Assembly (NCBI GenBank): GCA_030698625.1
Contig: JAUYMS010000034.1
Coordinates: forward strand, 2,835-66,834
From: Candidatus Omnitrophota bacterium
GTDB taxonomy: Bacteria; Omnitrophota; Omnitrophia; Omnitrophales; Aquincolibacteriaceae
DNA length: 64,000 nt
Direction of reading: 5' to 3'
In this document: piece by piece, positions 17,969-27,419 of the stretch
Layout: each line of letters starts with the position of its first letter
How positions within the stretch are numbered: the stretch's first letter is position 1
The notes under the pieces: model-generated
What the model was told of the DNA's origin: nothing
Database searches by the model: none
Seen by the model: the letters and a program-made list of their open reading frames with translations, nothing else
Position numbers and translations under genes: made by a program

Positions 17969-19339
17969 TCAAAAACTCAAACTGTAAATCACTTGTGCCC
18001 CGCCGATGTGACGGGTGTAATCGAAGAAATTATTCTGATTCCATGCGTGAATGTATCGATAAAAGCCCCGAACGCCCACATTCGGCGTTATGTAATACGT
18101 AACCCCGCCGTAAAGATCCCAATCTACTCCGCGCCGGCGGCTTGAGTCTGCCGTCGAAATCGAGGAAAAGTTATGATAAAAACTAAGTTTAAGCCCGCTC
18201 GAGGCATCAAGGTGCCATCGCTTATGAGGCGCCGCGTGCAATCCCACAGTAGCGTGACCGCCCACACTGTCAAAGTTTCTGCCCCGCGTATGCGCGCTAT
18301 CGAATTCCCCGGTGACAAATGCGAAATTCTGGAAATTCTTTGAGTAAAGATACTGCGTCACTCCGGCTTCGTTAAACACCCCGTCACGGGAAGTTGTGCC
18401 CGGGCTGAATCCGTCTCGAGCGAAATTTCCAATGGTGATTCGATCATACACGAGTGTGCGCGTACGCGGCGCAAATCGTGTGTCTGCACTCAGAATCCAC
18501 CGGTTCTTTACCGAGAACAGATCATCCTCGAGAAAGCCCATCAAAAAATCATACCGCAAGCCTGCGACGACGTCACGATCACCCACCGTTATGCGCTTGC
18601 GAAGATTCAATCCGACCTCTTCTGAATGATAATTAAACTCATTGAGGCCGTCGTCGTGGATTGTCTGCCGCACGCTATAATTAAAATCCACCGCCGCATC
18701 ACCGCGCGAATACAAGCGGTATCGCATGCCAAGGTCGGCTACCTGCCGGCCGGAATTCTGGTCGGAAGCAGCCGCCAAAGAATCGTCATCGGGTCTCAGA
18801 ATAACGTTCGAATCATATTCATATCCATATCGGCCCGCGACATTCCAGCGCTTCACCTTAGTCGGCACACCGCCCATGCGAAGATCGCCGGTGCGCACAA
18901 GCGCTGTTTCCGCCCATTCCCCGTAGGTTGTTCCCTTCCCATCTTTGGCGACGCGCGCCCATTCTTTCGAAGCCAGCTCCGCATTACCGCTGCGGTAATA
19001 GGCCTGTCCTAAAAAATAGCGCGTTGGGACATGATCGGCGTCAGTCTTAAGTAGTTTTTTAAAGATCGGGATGGCTTCAGACGATCTTCCGAGCCGATCG
19101 AGCGTCATGGCCCGATAGCGCAGCAACAAGGGGTCGCCGGGATACTTCTCGATTAGTGCATCGAGAGCGCTCAAGGTACGCTCGTAATCGCCCGACTGGA
19201 ACAGAGCACCGGCTTCGCTATTCAGAAATTCAGCTGCTGAGATGCTACTTCGCAGCCCGTCATCGGCATGTGCAAGACCGTTATTGTACAGTGCTACGAC
19301 CAGCACCGTGAAACCCAGCAGCACTTGAAGTTTCTTCAA
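17969..19339 (-). CDS. TPR-containing outer-membrane beta-barrel protein
   Basis: Signal peptide, TPR helices (YFLGQAYYRSG), then GYEYDSNV and alternating beta strands ending in YSLSF. Confidence 0.85.
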   Translation of the reverse strand: MKKLQVLLGFTVLVVALYNNGLAHADDGLRSSISAAEFLNSEAGALFQSGDYERTLSALDALIEKYPGDPLLLRYRAMTLDRLGRSSEAIPIFKKLLKTDADHVPTRYFLGQAYYRSGNAELASKEWARVAKDGKGTTYGEWAETALVRTGDLRMGGVPTKVKRWNVAGRYGYEYDSNVILRPDDDSLAAASDQNSGRQVADLGMRYRLYSRGDAAVDFNYSVRQTIHDDGLNEFNYHSEEVGLNLRKRITVGDRDVVAGLRYDFLMGFLEDDLFSVKNRWILSADTRFAPRTRTLVYDRITIGNFARDGFSPGTTSRDGVFNEAGVTQYLYSKNFQNFAFVTGEFDSAHTRGRNFDSVGGHATVGLHAAPHKRWHLDASSGLKLSFYHNFSSISTADSSRRRGVDWDLYGGVTYYITPNVGVRGFYRYIHAWNQNNFFDYTRHIGGAQVIYSLSF

Positions 19340-19551
19340 GGATTCTGAGCCTCTAATAATTCTTGATCAAATCCCTGCTGTGGGGCTCCGGGACCGGTCT
19401 CCGGGGGTACGTCTGGCAGGCGGGTTACCGACAATTCTGAATCCAGAGTCGACTCGCCTAGCGCGTGCTGATTTTGCACGGCTTTGCAACCCAGTAAGTT
19501 CAAGCTCAGTAGTAAGATAAGTAAGAGTATGTGGAGTTTGGATTGGTTCAT
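19336..19551 (-). CDS. Small putative lipoprotein
   Basis: Hydrophobic leader with LLGC lipobox; stop overlaps the next start. Confidence 0.6.
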   Translation of the reverse strand: MNQSKLHILLLILLLSLNLLGCKAVQNQHALGESTLDSELSVTRLPDVPPETGPGAPQQGFDQELLEAQNP

Positions 19552-19598
19552 CGGTAGGGCGGTATCTTAAACGGTGACAGCGCCTTATGCAAGCTTTT

Positions 19599-19611
19599 TA
19601 AGTCATTGATA
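19599..19611 (-). promoter_or_regulatory. IHF-consensus site
   Basis: TATCAATGACTTA matches WATCAANNNNTTR exactly, in an AT-rich intergenic region. Confidence 0.45.
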
Positions 19612-19797
19612 TGATTGAGTTTAGATCTATTTTCTCAGTTCGGCTCAGTATTTGTTGTGATTCTGCCGAAATACAGGACATGGAAATTCTAAAACTCTTC
19701 AAGAGAGAGAAGCAGGCGGCAGAGCGTCCTCAGGGTATTGCCTGGCCGAAGCCCACACAGCCGGTCGAAGGCGAACCCACCCTGCGCACCTAGCAGC

Positions 19798-20529
19798 CTA
19801 TGATTTGCTAAAGGCCTCGGCGAGTTTGTCGCGGAAGCTATCAAACCGCAGATCAAGCTCAAGGTCAAATCGATCTAGGTCCTCGTACTTTCCCGTGATG
19901 AGAAAATTCAAACGGTAATCCGGTGTGTAGAAAAAGATGTGGCGCCGGTCCTTCTTTCGAGATCCAAAATCCGTGTATTCGGCGTTCACTTCGAGTGCCG
20001 TGACCGCACCGGTATCAGTCACCGTCACCTGCGTGCTTGTCCCATACCGCTTCTCGTAAAATTCAGCAAACTTTCCGCCGAGTTTTTCGATATGCAGCCT
20101 GAATTCATCCCTCGATAGATCGGAGAGCGCCTCGCTACGCAGAGGCACTTTCCCTGCGATTACCAGGATGTCGTAATCAGGAGCCCGCCAGACCGCCGTG
20201 GCCCCGGGAGAAAGCGACTGAGCCAGTTTCTGAACCTGCGCAAAATCGGGATTGAGCTCATTGACGGGCGCGAAGTCGTCTGACAATTCTAAAAGTGAAA
20301 GCTCGGGCGGATTCGCGTCCGAGGTTTCTAGTATTTGTGCAGGGTCGTCGGTCCACGCAGTTTGAATGAACCCGGCCGGTTTAACGGCGGCAGAATCAGA
20401 TTCAGAGACTCCGGCTAGCCTACGATTCTTGCGGGCAAGAATATTGTCGAGCTCGAGTTCTGTATTTGTGGACGCACATCCTGAAACGATTAAGATTGAA
20501 ACAAGGGAGGTTGTAAGGACAGCCCTCAC
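19798..20529 (-). CDS. Hypothetical lipoprotein
   Basis: Leader ending VSGC; 243 aa ORF co-directional with neighbours. Confidence 0.75.
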   Translation of the reverse strand: MRAVLTTSLVSILIVSGCASTNTELELDNILARKNRRLAGVSESDSAAVKPAGFIQTAWTDDPAQILETSDANPPELSLLELSDDFAPVNELNPDFAQVQKLAQSLSPGATAVWRAPDYDILVIAGKVPLRSEALSDLSRDEFRLHIEKLGGKFAEFYEKRYGTSTQVTVTDTGAVTALEVNAEYTDFGSRKKDRRHIFFYTPDYRLNFLITGKYEDLDRFDLELDLRFDSFRDKLAEAFSKS

Positions 20530-20540
20530 GGATCGGGCCC

Positions 20541-21448
20541 TTAGCTTTTCCTGCGGATAAATCTCCGGCTTTGCAGGCCGGCGCCTGCCAGTGCCGTTGC
20601 GAGCAGTACCATCGTAGAAGGTTCAGGGACAGCGGGGCCTGGCCCCTGATTAGGGGCTACGAACGCTGCCGTAATAAAAGCTTCTTCTCCCCCGCCGTCG
20701 ATATTCGTGAACTGCGCCGAAATACGGAATTGGTATCCGTTTCCGGTAAACAAGCTGAGATTCATGGTGGGAGAAAATACCAGAAAGTCATGAGAACCCG
20801 AACCCGTATTCGACGCCGAATACACCGTACCCGAGGTACCGGTCAACTCGATCAGACCTTCTACTGTAATCAACTGCCCCGGATCAAAGACACCGTTGTT
20901 AACCGCATCGAGTGACCAGGATGCGACCTCGGTATTGGTAGAAGGATTCCATACCTGAAAATTGGCAATAAGATTTAGATCCCGGTCTGCGGCACTCCCC
21001 GGTTCGACAAGATCAAAAGTAAAAACAGGTATCGTCGCCTGCGGGCCAGCCTGGCTTTGTAGATAGGCAAACAAGGTATCCACAAGCACAGGGCCACCCG
21101 GTTGCGCGCCGGCTCCCCACACCCCGGAAAACGAACCGCATGATGGACACCCACCGGCTACAGAAGGCACAGGCTCTTCAAACACAAAACCGCCACCTAC
21201 GGGGTCATTATCAATTCCTCCAGCCTGGGTCAACAATACGATATCCAGGTTGCCGAGACCGGCCGGTCCGTTAAAGCCGGTAAACTAAACTGTGTCAGGA
21301 GTTGGGTATTGTAGGAGAGAAATTCGTCGAACTGACGAACGATAGGAAGGCCATCCACAATTGTTGTTGGATCCGGCAGGACCACGACCGCAAGTGCCGG
21401 CCGGCTCATATAGCATATGAAGGCAATGGCGATGATGAATTTACGCAT
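20541..21448 (-). pseudogene. Frameshifted PEP-CTERM protein
   Basis: 5' part MRKFIIAIAF (signal peptide) reads to LLTQF; the other frame continues FTGFNGPAGLGNLDIVLLTQAGG...VPEPSTMVLLATALAGAGLQSRR. Break at 21281-21291. Confidence 0.85.
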
Positions 21449-21461
21449 CGTTACGTTGTGT

Positions 21462-21477
21462 CGCAAGATTGATGCCA
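21462..21477 (-). promoter_or_regulatory. Sigma-54 (-24/-12) promoter
   Basis: TGGCATCAATCTTGCG with correct spacing, 13 nt upstream of ATG 21448. Confidence 0.75.
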
Positions 21478-21608
21478 ACTGCTCACACATGAAGAGCGCT
21501 GATCAATCAAATAGCCAATTTTCTATATTTAGCTTACTTTAAAGGCGTGACTGAAGCACAAACTATTCGGCAAATGCTGATTTTTTTAGACGGATTGTCC
21601 TGCGAAGA

Positions 21609-23288
21609 CTACTTCGAGGCGCTTTTGAGCATCTCTTGGGCGTGGGTCTTGGAAATTTGAGTCTCGTCTTCGCCGCTCATCATTTGAGCCAATTCCTGAA
21701 CTCTCTCCTGCCCCGCAAGGACCTTATAGGCTACTTGCGTCTTACCCTTTTCGACCCACTTCTCGACTTTGATATGCCTGTCGGCATACGAAGCTATCTG
21801 CGGCAGATGCGTGATGAGGAGAACCTGCCGTTCGCCGGAGATCTGCTTTAACTTATCCCCGACAACACGGCCGAGGCGGCCGCCGATATTCGCATCGATT
21901 TCATCGAAGATGAGCGTCGGGATGGAGTCCACTTTCATCAGCGCACGTTTAAGGGCCAGGATGATGCGCGACGCCTCACCGCTCGAGGCAATCTCGGCAA
22001 GCGGTTTGAGCGGCTCCCCGGCATTCGGACTCATAAAGAATTCGATTATGTCCTGTCCTCTCGGGCCAAAATCCCCTTTGGAAGCGCGGCATTCAAAACG
22101 CGCGTGGCGTATATTAAGTTCCCGCAACTCTCCTTCAACGACCTTTCCTAAATCCGCAGCACGCTTAACGCGCTTCTGGCTGAGCGCCGCGGCATTCTGT
22201 TTAAGGCCTGTCAGCACTTCATCGATTTCCTTATCGAGGTCCTTTTCATAAACTTCCGAGTTCTCGAGCGCATCCAGCTTCTCTTTCGCCTCCGAACAGA
22301 ACTCCAGGACCTGCTGGATCGTAATCCCATATTTACGTTTCAAGTGCTCCATCCTGTCGATGCGACTTTCAAGTTCTTCCAGGCGGTCTTCGTCAAAGGA
22401 AAGATCGGCACGATAATCCTGTACCGTTCGAATGATTTCTTCCAGGTTCAGCCCGACTGCCCCCATTTCTTCTTTCGTCTTCTCGATGGAGTCATCAATG
22501 CGGTGCCAGTCATCAAAGCACCGGCTGATACTCCCCAGCAGGCTCGACGCAGAGTCTTCCTTTTCGTCCAGCGCCGTAAGAATCTCGGAAGTCAGGTCAT
22601 AGAGCTTCTGTGCGTGAGCCAGCCGTATTTTCTCCTCGGTCAAGTGCAAGTCCTCGTCCGGCTTCGGGTTGACGCTTTCAATCTCCTCGATTTGATACTT
22701 CAGCAGGTCGACTTGCCGCTCCTTGCCGTCACGAGCCGCGAGCAGGCTTTCTTTCTTACGCAGCAGTTTTTGGAATTGATGATAGATCACGCGATAGGAT
22801 TCCAACAGAGACGCCGAAGGCCCTGCGACAATACCGGCAAGGCGGTCGATAAATTCCAGATGGGAATCCGGTTCAAACAGACGCTGGTTGTCGTAATGCC
22901 CGTGGAAATCAACAAGAGCACATGCGATATCACGCAGCGCGGAAAGATTGACAACGCGGCCGTTAACGAAATTCTTACTGCGGCCGGCGAGCGTCACCTC
23001 TCTTTTCAAGATGACATACTCATCGCCTTCTTCGAGGATCTGTTGAAAGATTTCTTTGTTTCGAAGATTTTCGTCCGTCGCTAGAAAAGCGGCTTCGATG
23101 ATACAGGGGCGGCTTTTATCACGCACCATCTCGATTTCCATCCGCTCGCCCAAAGCCATACGCAGCGCGTCAATCAAAATGGATTTTCCCGCACCCGTCT
23201 CCCCCGTAAGCGCGTTGAGGCCTGCTCCGAAATCGAGCGTCATCTCGTCGATGAGCGCGAAGTTTTTAATGGAAATCTGTGTCAGCAT
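21609..23288 (-). CDS. recN: DNA repair protein RecN
   Basis: MLTQISIKNFALID, TGETGAGKS, ASSGEASRI, LIFDEID, QVLLITHLPQIA. Confidence 0.97.
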   Translation of the reverse strand: MLTQISIKNFALIDEMTLDFGAGLNALTGETGAGKSILIDALRMALGERMEIEMVRDKSRPCIIEAAFLATDENLRNKEIFQQILEEGDEYVILKREVTLAGRSKNFVNGRVVNLSALRDIACALVDFHGHYDNQRLFEPDSHLEFIDRLAGIVAGPSASLLESYRVIYHQFQKLLRKKESLLAARDGKERQVDLLKYQIEEIESVNPKPDEDLHLTEEKIRLAHAQKLYDLTSEILTALDEKEDSASSLLGSISRCFDDWHRIDDSIEKTKEEMGAVGLNLEEIIRTVQDYRADLSFDEDRLEELESRIDRMEHLKRKYGITIQQVLEFCSEAKEKLDALENSEVYEKDLDKEIDEVLTGLKQNAAALSQKRVKRAADLGKVVEGELRELNIRHARFECRASKGDFGPRGQDIIEFFMSPNAGEPLKPLAEIASSGEASRIILALKRALMKVDSIPTLIFDEIDANIGGRLGRVVGDKLKQISGERQVLLITHLPQIASYADRHIKVEKWVEKGKTQVAYKVLAGQERVQELAQMMSGEDETQISKTHAQEMLKSASK

Positions 23289-24037
23289 TAGGCTAAGCGG
23301 CTTTTAAACTCCGGCCAGGGGAAATTGAGGCCCGGGCATTCGGTGTTCTTTCCCGGGACATCGCCGTGGCGGATAACGCGATCAGTCGAAATATTATAGT
23401 AGCTTTGCAGCGTCTTCACCAGGTAAACGAGATTACTGAGCTGCCGCTGGGAAACCCGGCTCTCGCTGTAATTGCCTACGAGCGAGATGCCGATACCGTG
23501 ATCATTCATGCCGTTGGCATTGGCGTGGGCACCGTGCTTCTGTTTAACCCATCGAGGGCCGACTTCGATCTGCCCGTCCATCTTGCCGTTTGTGCCGTTA
23601 TCCACCAGGAAGTGATAGCCCAGGCCCCCTTCCCAACCCCGCTTGTGATGCAACTGATCGATACTGCGCGCATTTCCCGCTTCGGTGGCTGTATGGTGGA
23701 TCACGATATGAGTCCAGCGAAGAGACGGAAACAGCGGCACGGTCGCGCGCGGCCCGCGCGTATCGGGGACAATGACGGTCTGACCGTTATTGATCTGCGA
23801 TGCATTAGAGATATTGTTGGCGCGCATCAACGCCTCAATCGAAACACCGTAAGTCTTTGAGATCCGCCAAAGCGTTTCGCCCGGACCTACCTCATGCGAA
23901 ATGGTGCGAGGGACGTCGAAAGGCGCGGGTGGAGCAAAACTACTGGGCGTGGTTGAGGGAAAAGGATGCTGATACGGCGCCTGTGTGGCGCAACCGGCTA
24001 AAAGAACCAGAGAGACAATGACCGCATGCCTTTTCAT
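23288..24037 (-). CDS. LysM + N-acetylmuramoyl-L-alanine amidase (Amidase_2) lipoprotein
   Basis: LAGC lipobox; HEVGPGETLWRISKTYG (LysM); IVIHHTA, LGYHF, GAHA, RHGDV, TECPG. Confidence 0.92.
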   Translation of the reverse strand: MKRHAVIVSLVLLAGCATQAPYQHPFPSTTPSSFAPPAPFDVPRTISHEVGPGETLWRISKTYGVSIEALMRANNISNASQINNGQTVIVPDTRGPRATVPLFPSLRWTHIVIHHTATEAGNARSIDQLHHKRGWEGGLGYHFLVDNGTNGKMDGQIEVGPRWVKQKHGAHANANGMNDHGIGISLVGNYSESRVSQRQLSNLVYLVKTLQSYYNISTDRVIRHGDVPGKNTECPGLNFPWPEFKSRLA

Positions 24038-24072
24038 ATCCCACAGTTTAACGCCAAAATACCTCTTTATCT

Positions 24073-26919
24073 TTAGTCTTTGAGATACGCGGTCAGACGC
24101 TTCTCAAAAGCGGCAATGCCGCCCAGCGCATTCTTGCCAAGGTCTACCACCAACAGGGGTTTTTCACGATCCGTAAGGGCCTCGTAATCACCGAGGGCCT
24201 GTGCCCGCTTTAGTTGCTCAAAGGTGAGGTCGGTGTCGGGAATCTTGAGTCCGCCGGCATCACGCGTGAGGAACAACACAAAATACCCGCGGTGGGGCCC
24301 GCCCTTATAGAGCTGACCTATCGAATGCAAATACCTGGGCCCAAAACCCAAAAGCGCCGGGACCTTAAAGTGGACACTGATCTTCTTCTGGATCCTCCCA
24401 AGGGCTTTCTGTACCTGAGGACTTCTTTCCGTGTACGCAAGCATTGCGGCATACGCGCCTTCGTTCAAGCCGTAGAAAAACTTAGCGAAGTCGAACTTGC
24501 CCCTGGCGTCCGTCAGCTCCTCGGGATCGTCGAGCTTTCCTTTCTCAGAAAGGTGCGTAAGCAGTCGTGCCGTATTGTCCTTGCTCTCTTTTACATTCGG
24601 CTCGTCAAACGGATTGATCCCCAGGACTGCACTGGCCGCCGCCGTGGCCACTTCCCATCGAAGAAACTCGGCCCCGATATCCAACCGACTTTTCCACTCA
24701 AGCTCCAGCACGGGAAACCCCGCCTTTTTGAGTGCCCGCACTCTCCTGGCAATTTCGGCGACAGGATCTCCCTTGAGCTTAATAACGACAAAAAAACGGT
24801 CATTCGCGTACTGAGCGGGATCCCGTGCCTCTTCGCCGACCACGGGAATAATTCCTTTGCCTTCCTTACCCGTACTTTCCGCTATGAGCTGTTCCAGCCA
24901 TGGCTCGAACGGACGCAGTGATTTCGATGATACGAAAGTCAGTTTGTCCCTTCCCTGCAGAGCCAGTTCCCCGAGAATCACGCCGAGATTCACACCCGGA
25001 TTATTCTGCACCTTTGAGGCAGACTGCGACTGCGCATAAAATCCGCGGGCGCTTCTCAGGATGCCGCGCACATCGGCTCCCATGAGCGAACCGGGCACGA
25101 TCCCGAAAAACGAAAGTGCCGAGTAGCGGCCGCCGATGTCGGACGGGTTCAAAAAAATCTTGCGAAACGCACGTTCACGCGCAAGTCGTTGGAGTGACGA
25201 GTCTTCATCCGTAATGGCAATAAAATGCCGGCCGGTTTTTAACCGTTGGTCCGCGCCGCTACCGATTGCCTTTGCGACGCTGTCGTAGAAGTAATGCAGC
25301 TGCGCCATCGTTTCCACGGTGCCGCCCGATTTGCTGGCCACGATGAATGCCGTCCGCTTGAGATTGAGCCGGCGATTCAACTTTGAAATCGTTCCGGCGT
25401 CGGTAGTGTCGACCACTTGAAAACGCGGGAAACTCGGAACACACCTGCATACAGCGCTAATAACCTCCGGCGCAAGACTCGACCCCCCCATACCGAGCAG
25501 GACGATATCCTTGACGCCTTCTCGGCGCAAATCGGCCGACAGCTCATCCAATTCATACAACCGGCCAAGAATCCAATCAGCCACCTCTAGCCAGCCGAGG
25601 CGATTAGCAATCACACTCCGATGTTTGGCATCCGGCTTCCATACCGACGGATCCCTCTCAAAGATGCGTTCACAGATTCTTTCCTTATCTAACGAAACAA
25701 TACGGTCGCGAATCTGGTTTTTAACCTTCGGAAGAGTGACCGTCATCTTCCCGGGTTTAAAAGCACCCTTACTCTTTTCGCGAATCATCTCAAGGCTCTT
25801 GATCAGAGAATCGAAGGAGTCGGTAAAAGAAATCACGCCGTCATACTGCAGCTTCTCGCCGGCATCGATTAGATCAATTCCCCACGTCTTCAGTTGTTCG
25901 ATGACATTACCCGCATCGTCGATATCTTTCGCGACGGTATTCGGACAAACTTCGCCGTGATCAAGAAAAGCTTCCAATGTCGCCGTCGGCATGGTGTTGA
26001 CCGTCTCGGGCCCGATAAGCGGCTCAACGTAAAGAAGATCATGGTACTTTGGGTTCTTTGCGCTTGTGCTGCCCCAGAGGACTTTCTGGATGGTTGCTCC
26101 TCGTTCCTGCAGCGCGCGAAACCTTCCGGAACCGAAGACGTCTTTAAATTCATGATAGATTAAACGGGAATTGGATACCGCCACCTTCCCGCGCAGCTTG
26201 TCGATTTCGGCCCTTTGTTCCGCATCGGTTTCGCGGGCGTAGATGACGTCTAACTGCTTGTCGACGAGACTGTCGATGCGGCTGACGAACACACTCGCGA
26301 CCGAATGAACCCGGCTCAGATCTCCGCCCGAGTCCTTAAACTGCTCAAGGCCTTCTATATATACATTGGCAACATCCTGGTAATGCTTCATCGAAAACAT
26401 GAGCGTCACGTTTACATTAATACCCTGACCGATCAAGGCTTTTACGGCAGGAAGCCCTGCAGATGTTGCGGGAATCTTGATCATGACATTCGGACGCCCC
26501 ACCTCACGAAAAAGACGCCTTCCCTCTTCAACGGAACGGGCCGTGTTGTCGGCCAGGTCGGGACGCACCTCCAAACTCACAAAACCGTGCTCGCCCTTGG
26601 AGTCCTTGAATACCGGCAGAAAAAGATCGCATGCAGCTCGAATATCCTTAATCGTAAGCGCGTCGTAGATTTGAAGAATACCCGCACCCTTGCCGAGGAG
26701 GCGGCGAATATCACGTTCATAGCCACCGCCTTGTTTATTGATAGCTTTCTCAAAAATTGTGGGATTGGAGGTCACTCCGAGAAGCCCCTGCTTTTCAATA
26801 AGGGCTTTGAGTTTGCCTGAGCTCAGAAGCTCACGGCTGATATTGTCGAGCCAAGGGCTCTGTCCTGCTTGAGCTAATTGCTTTGTCGTCGGTACGCGAG
26901 TGGCAGTCATAGTGCTCAT
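24073..26919 (-). CDS. tal-pgi: Bifunctional transaldolase/glucose-6-phosphate isomerase
   Basis: GQSPWLDNISR, GVTSNPTIF, MIKIPAT, NVTLMFS; then GMGGSSL, ASKSGGTVET, IGGRYSALS, QLIAESTGK. Start at MSTM with GGAG 8 nt upstream. Confidence 0.95.
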   Translation of the reverse strand: MSTMTATRVPTTKQLAQAGQSPWLDNISRELLSSGKLKALIEKQGLLGVTSNPTIFEKAINKQGGGYERDIRRLLGKGAGILQIYDALTIKDIRAACDLFLPVFKDSKGEHGFVSLEVRPDLADNTARSVEEGRRLFREVGRPNVMIKIPATSAGLPAVKALIGQGINVNVTLMFSMKHYQDVANVYIEGLEQFKDSGGDLSRVHSVASVFVSRIDSLVDKQLDVIYARETDAEQRAEIDKLRGKVAVSNSRLIYHEFKDVFGSGRFRALQERGATIQKVLWGSTSAKNPKYHDLLYVEPLIGPETVNTMPTATLEAFLDHGEVCPNTVAKDIDDAGNVIEQLKTWGIDLIDAGEKLQYDGVISFTDSFDSLIKSLEMIREKSKGAFKPGKMTVTLPKVKNQIRDRIVSLDKERICERIFERDPSVWKPDAKHRSVIANRLGWLEVADWILGRLYELDELSADLRREGVKDIVLLGMGGSSLAPEVISAVCRCVPSFPRFQVVDTTDAGTISKLNRRLNLKRTAFIVASKSGGTVETMAQLHYFYDSVAKAIGSGADQRLKTGRHFIAITDEDSSLQRLARERAFRKIFLNPSDIGGRYSALSFFGIVPGSLMGADVRGILRSARGFYAQSQSASKVQNNPGVNLGVILGELALQGRDKLTFVSSKSLRPFEPWLEQLIAESTGKEGKGIIPVVGEEARDPAQYANDRFFVVIKLKGDPVAEIARRVRALKKAGFPVLELEWKSRLDIGAEFLRWEVATAAASAVLGINPFDEPNVKESKDNTARLLTHLSEKGKLDDPEELTDARGKFDFAKFFYGLNEGAYAAMLAYTERSPQVQKALGRIQKKISVHFKVPALLGFGPRYLHSIGQLYKGGPHRGYFVLFLTRDAGGLKIPDTDLTFEQLKRAQALGDYEALTDREKPLLVVDLGKNALGGIAAFEKRLTAYLKD

Positions 26920-27029
26920 CCAGCTAGCTCCCTTGTGAGTGAATGATTTCGTGGCATGCTGTCTGCAGGATACCAAAAAAATGGGCTGAGCGCTACAGCG
27001 AAACGGCGCGAACGGGATGTTCGCGTCAG

Positions 27030-27419
27030 CTAGGCAGCTTGTTTGCTGCTGAGGTAGTCGCGCACAATCGCGGCAATCTCGAACGGATTGACGGGCTTGA
27101 TGAAGTATCGCTCGCATCCCGCGTCAGATCCGTCTTGGAGGTCCTGCTCCATGCTCTTGGCAGTTAGAAAGAAGATGGGGATCTTACTCGTAGTTCGATC
27201 TTTACGAATTTTTTTGGCTGCCTCGAAACCCGTCATTACAGGCATCACGACATCCATGAGTATAAGATCGGGCTGCTTCAACTTGGCCAGACGAATGCCT
27301 TCCAGGCCATTGACGGCAACATCCAGCTCAATATTCTCGCTCTCAAAGGCCAACTGAGTGATATCGATGAGGTCAGCTTCATCCTCAACCAACAGGATAT
27401 GAGGCTTGGTCGAGCTCAT
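27030..27419 (-). CDS. Single-domain response regulator
   Basis: ILLVEDE, PDLILMDVVMP, FLTAK, YFIKP. Confidence 0.93.
   Translation of the reverse strand: MSSTKPHILLVEDEADLIDITQLAFESENIELDVAVNGLEGIRLAKLKQPDLILMDVVMPVMTGFEAAKKIRKDRTTSKIPIFFLTAKSMEQDLQDGSDAGCERYFIKPVNPFEIAAIVRDYLSSKQAA

Noticed and set aside
21275-21295. Programmed -1 ribosomal frameshift in the PEP-CTERM gene
   Set aside because: No canonical X XXY YYZ slippery heptamer; a mutation or assembly error is simpler.
21965-21995. RecN signature ASSGEASR instead of ASGGELSR
   Set aside because: A minor substitution with all other motifs intact; likely lineage variation.
26920-27117. N-terminal extension of tal-pgi given in the track
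   Set aside because: It overlaps the response regulator gene; the RBS supports ATG 26919.
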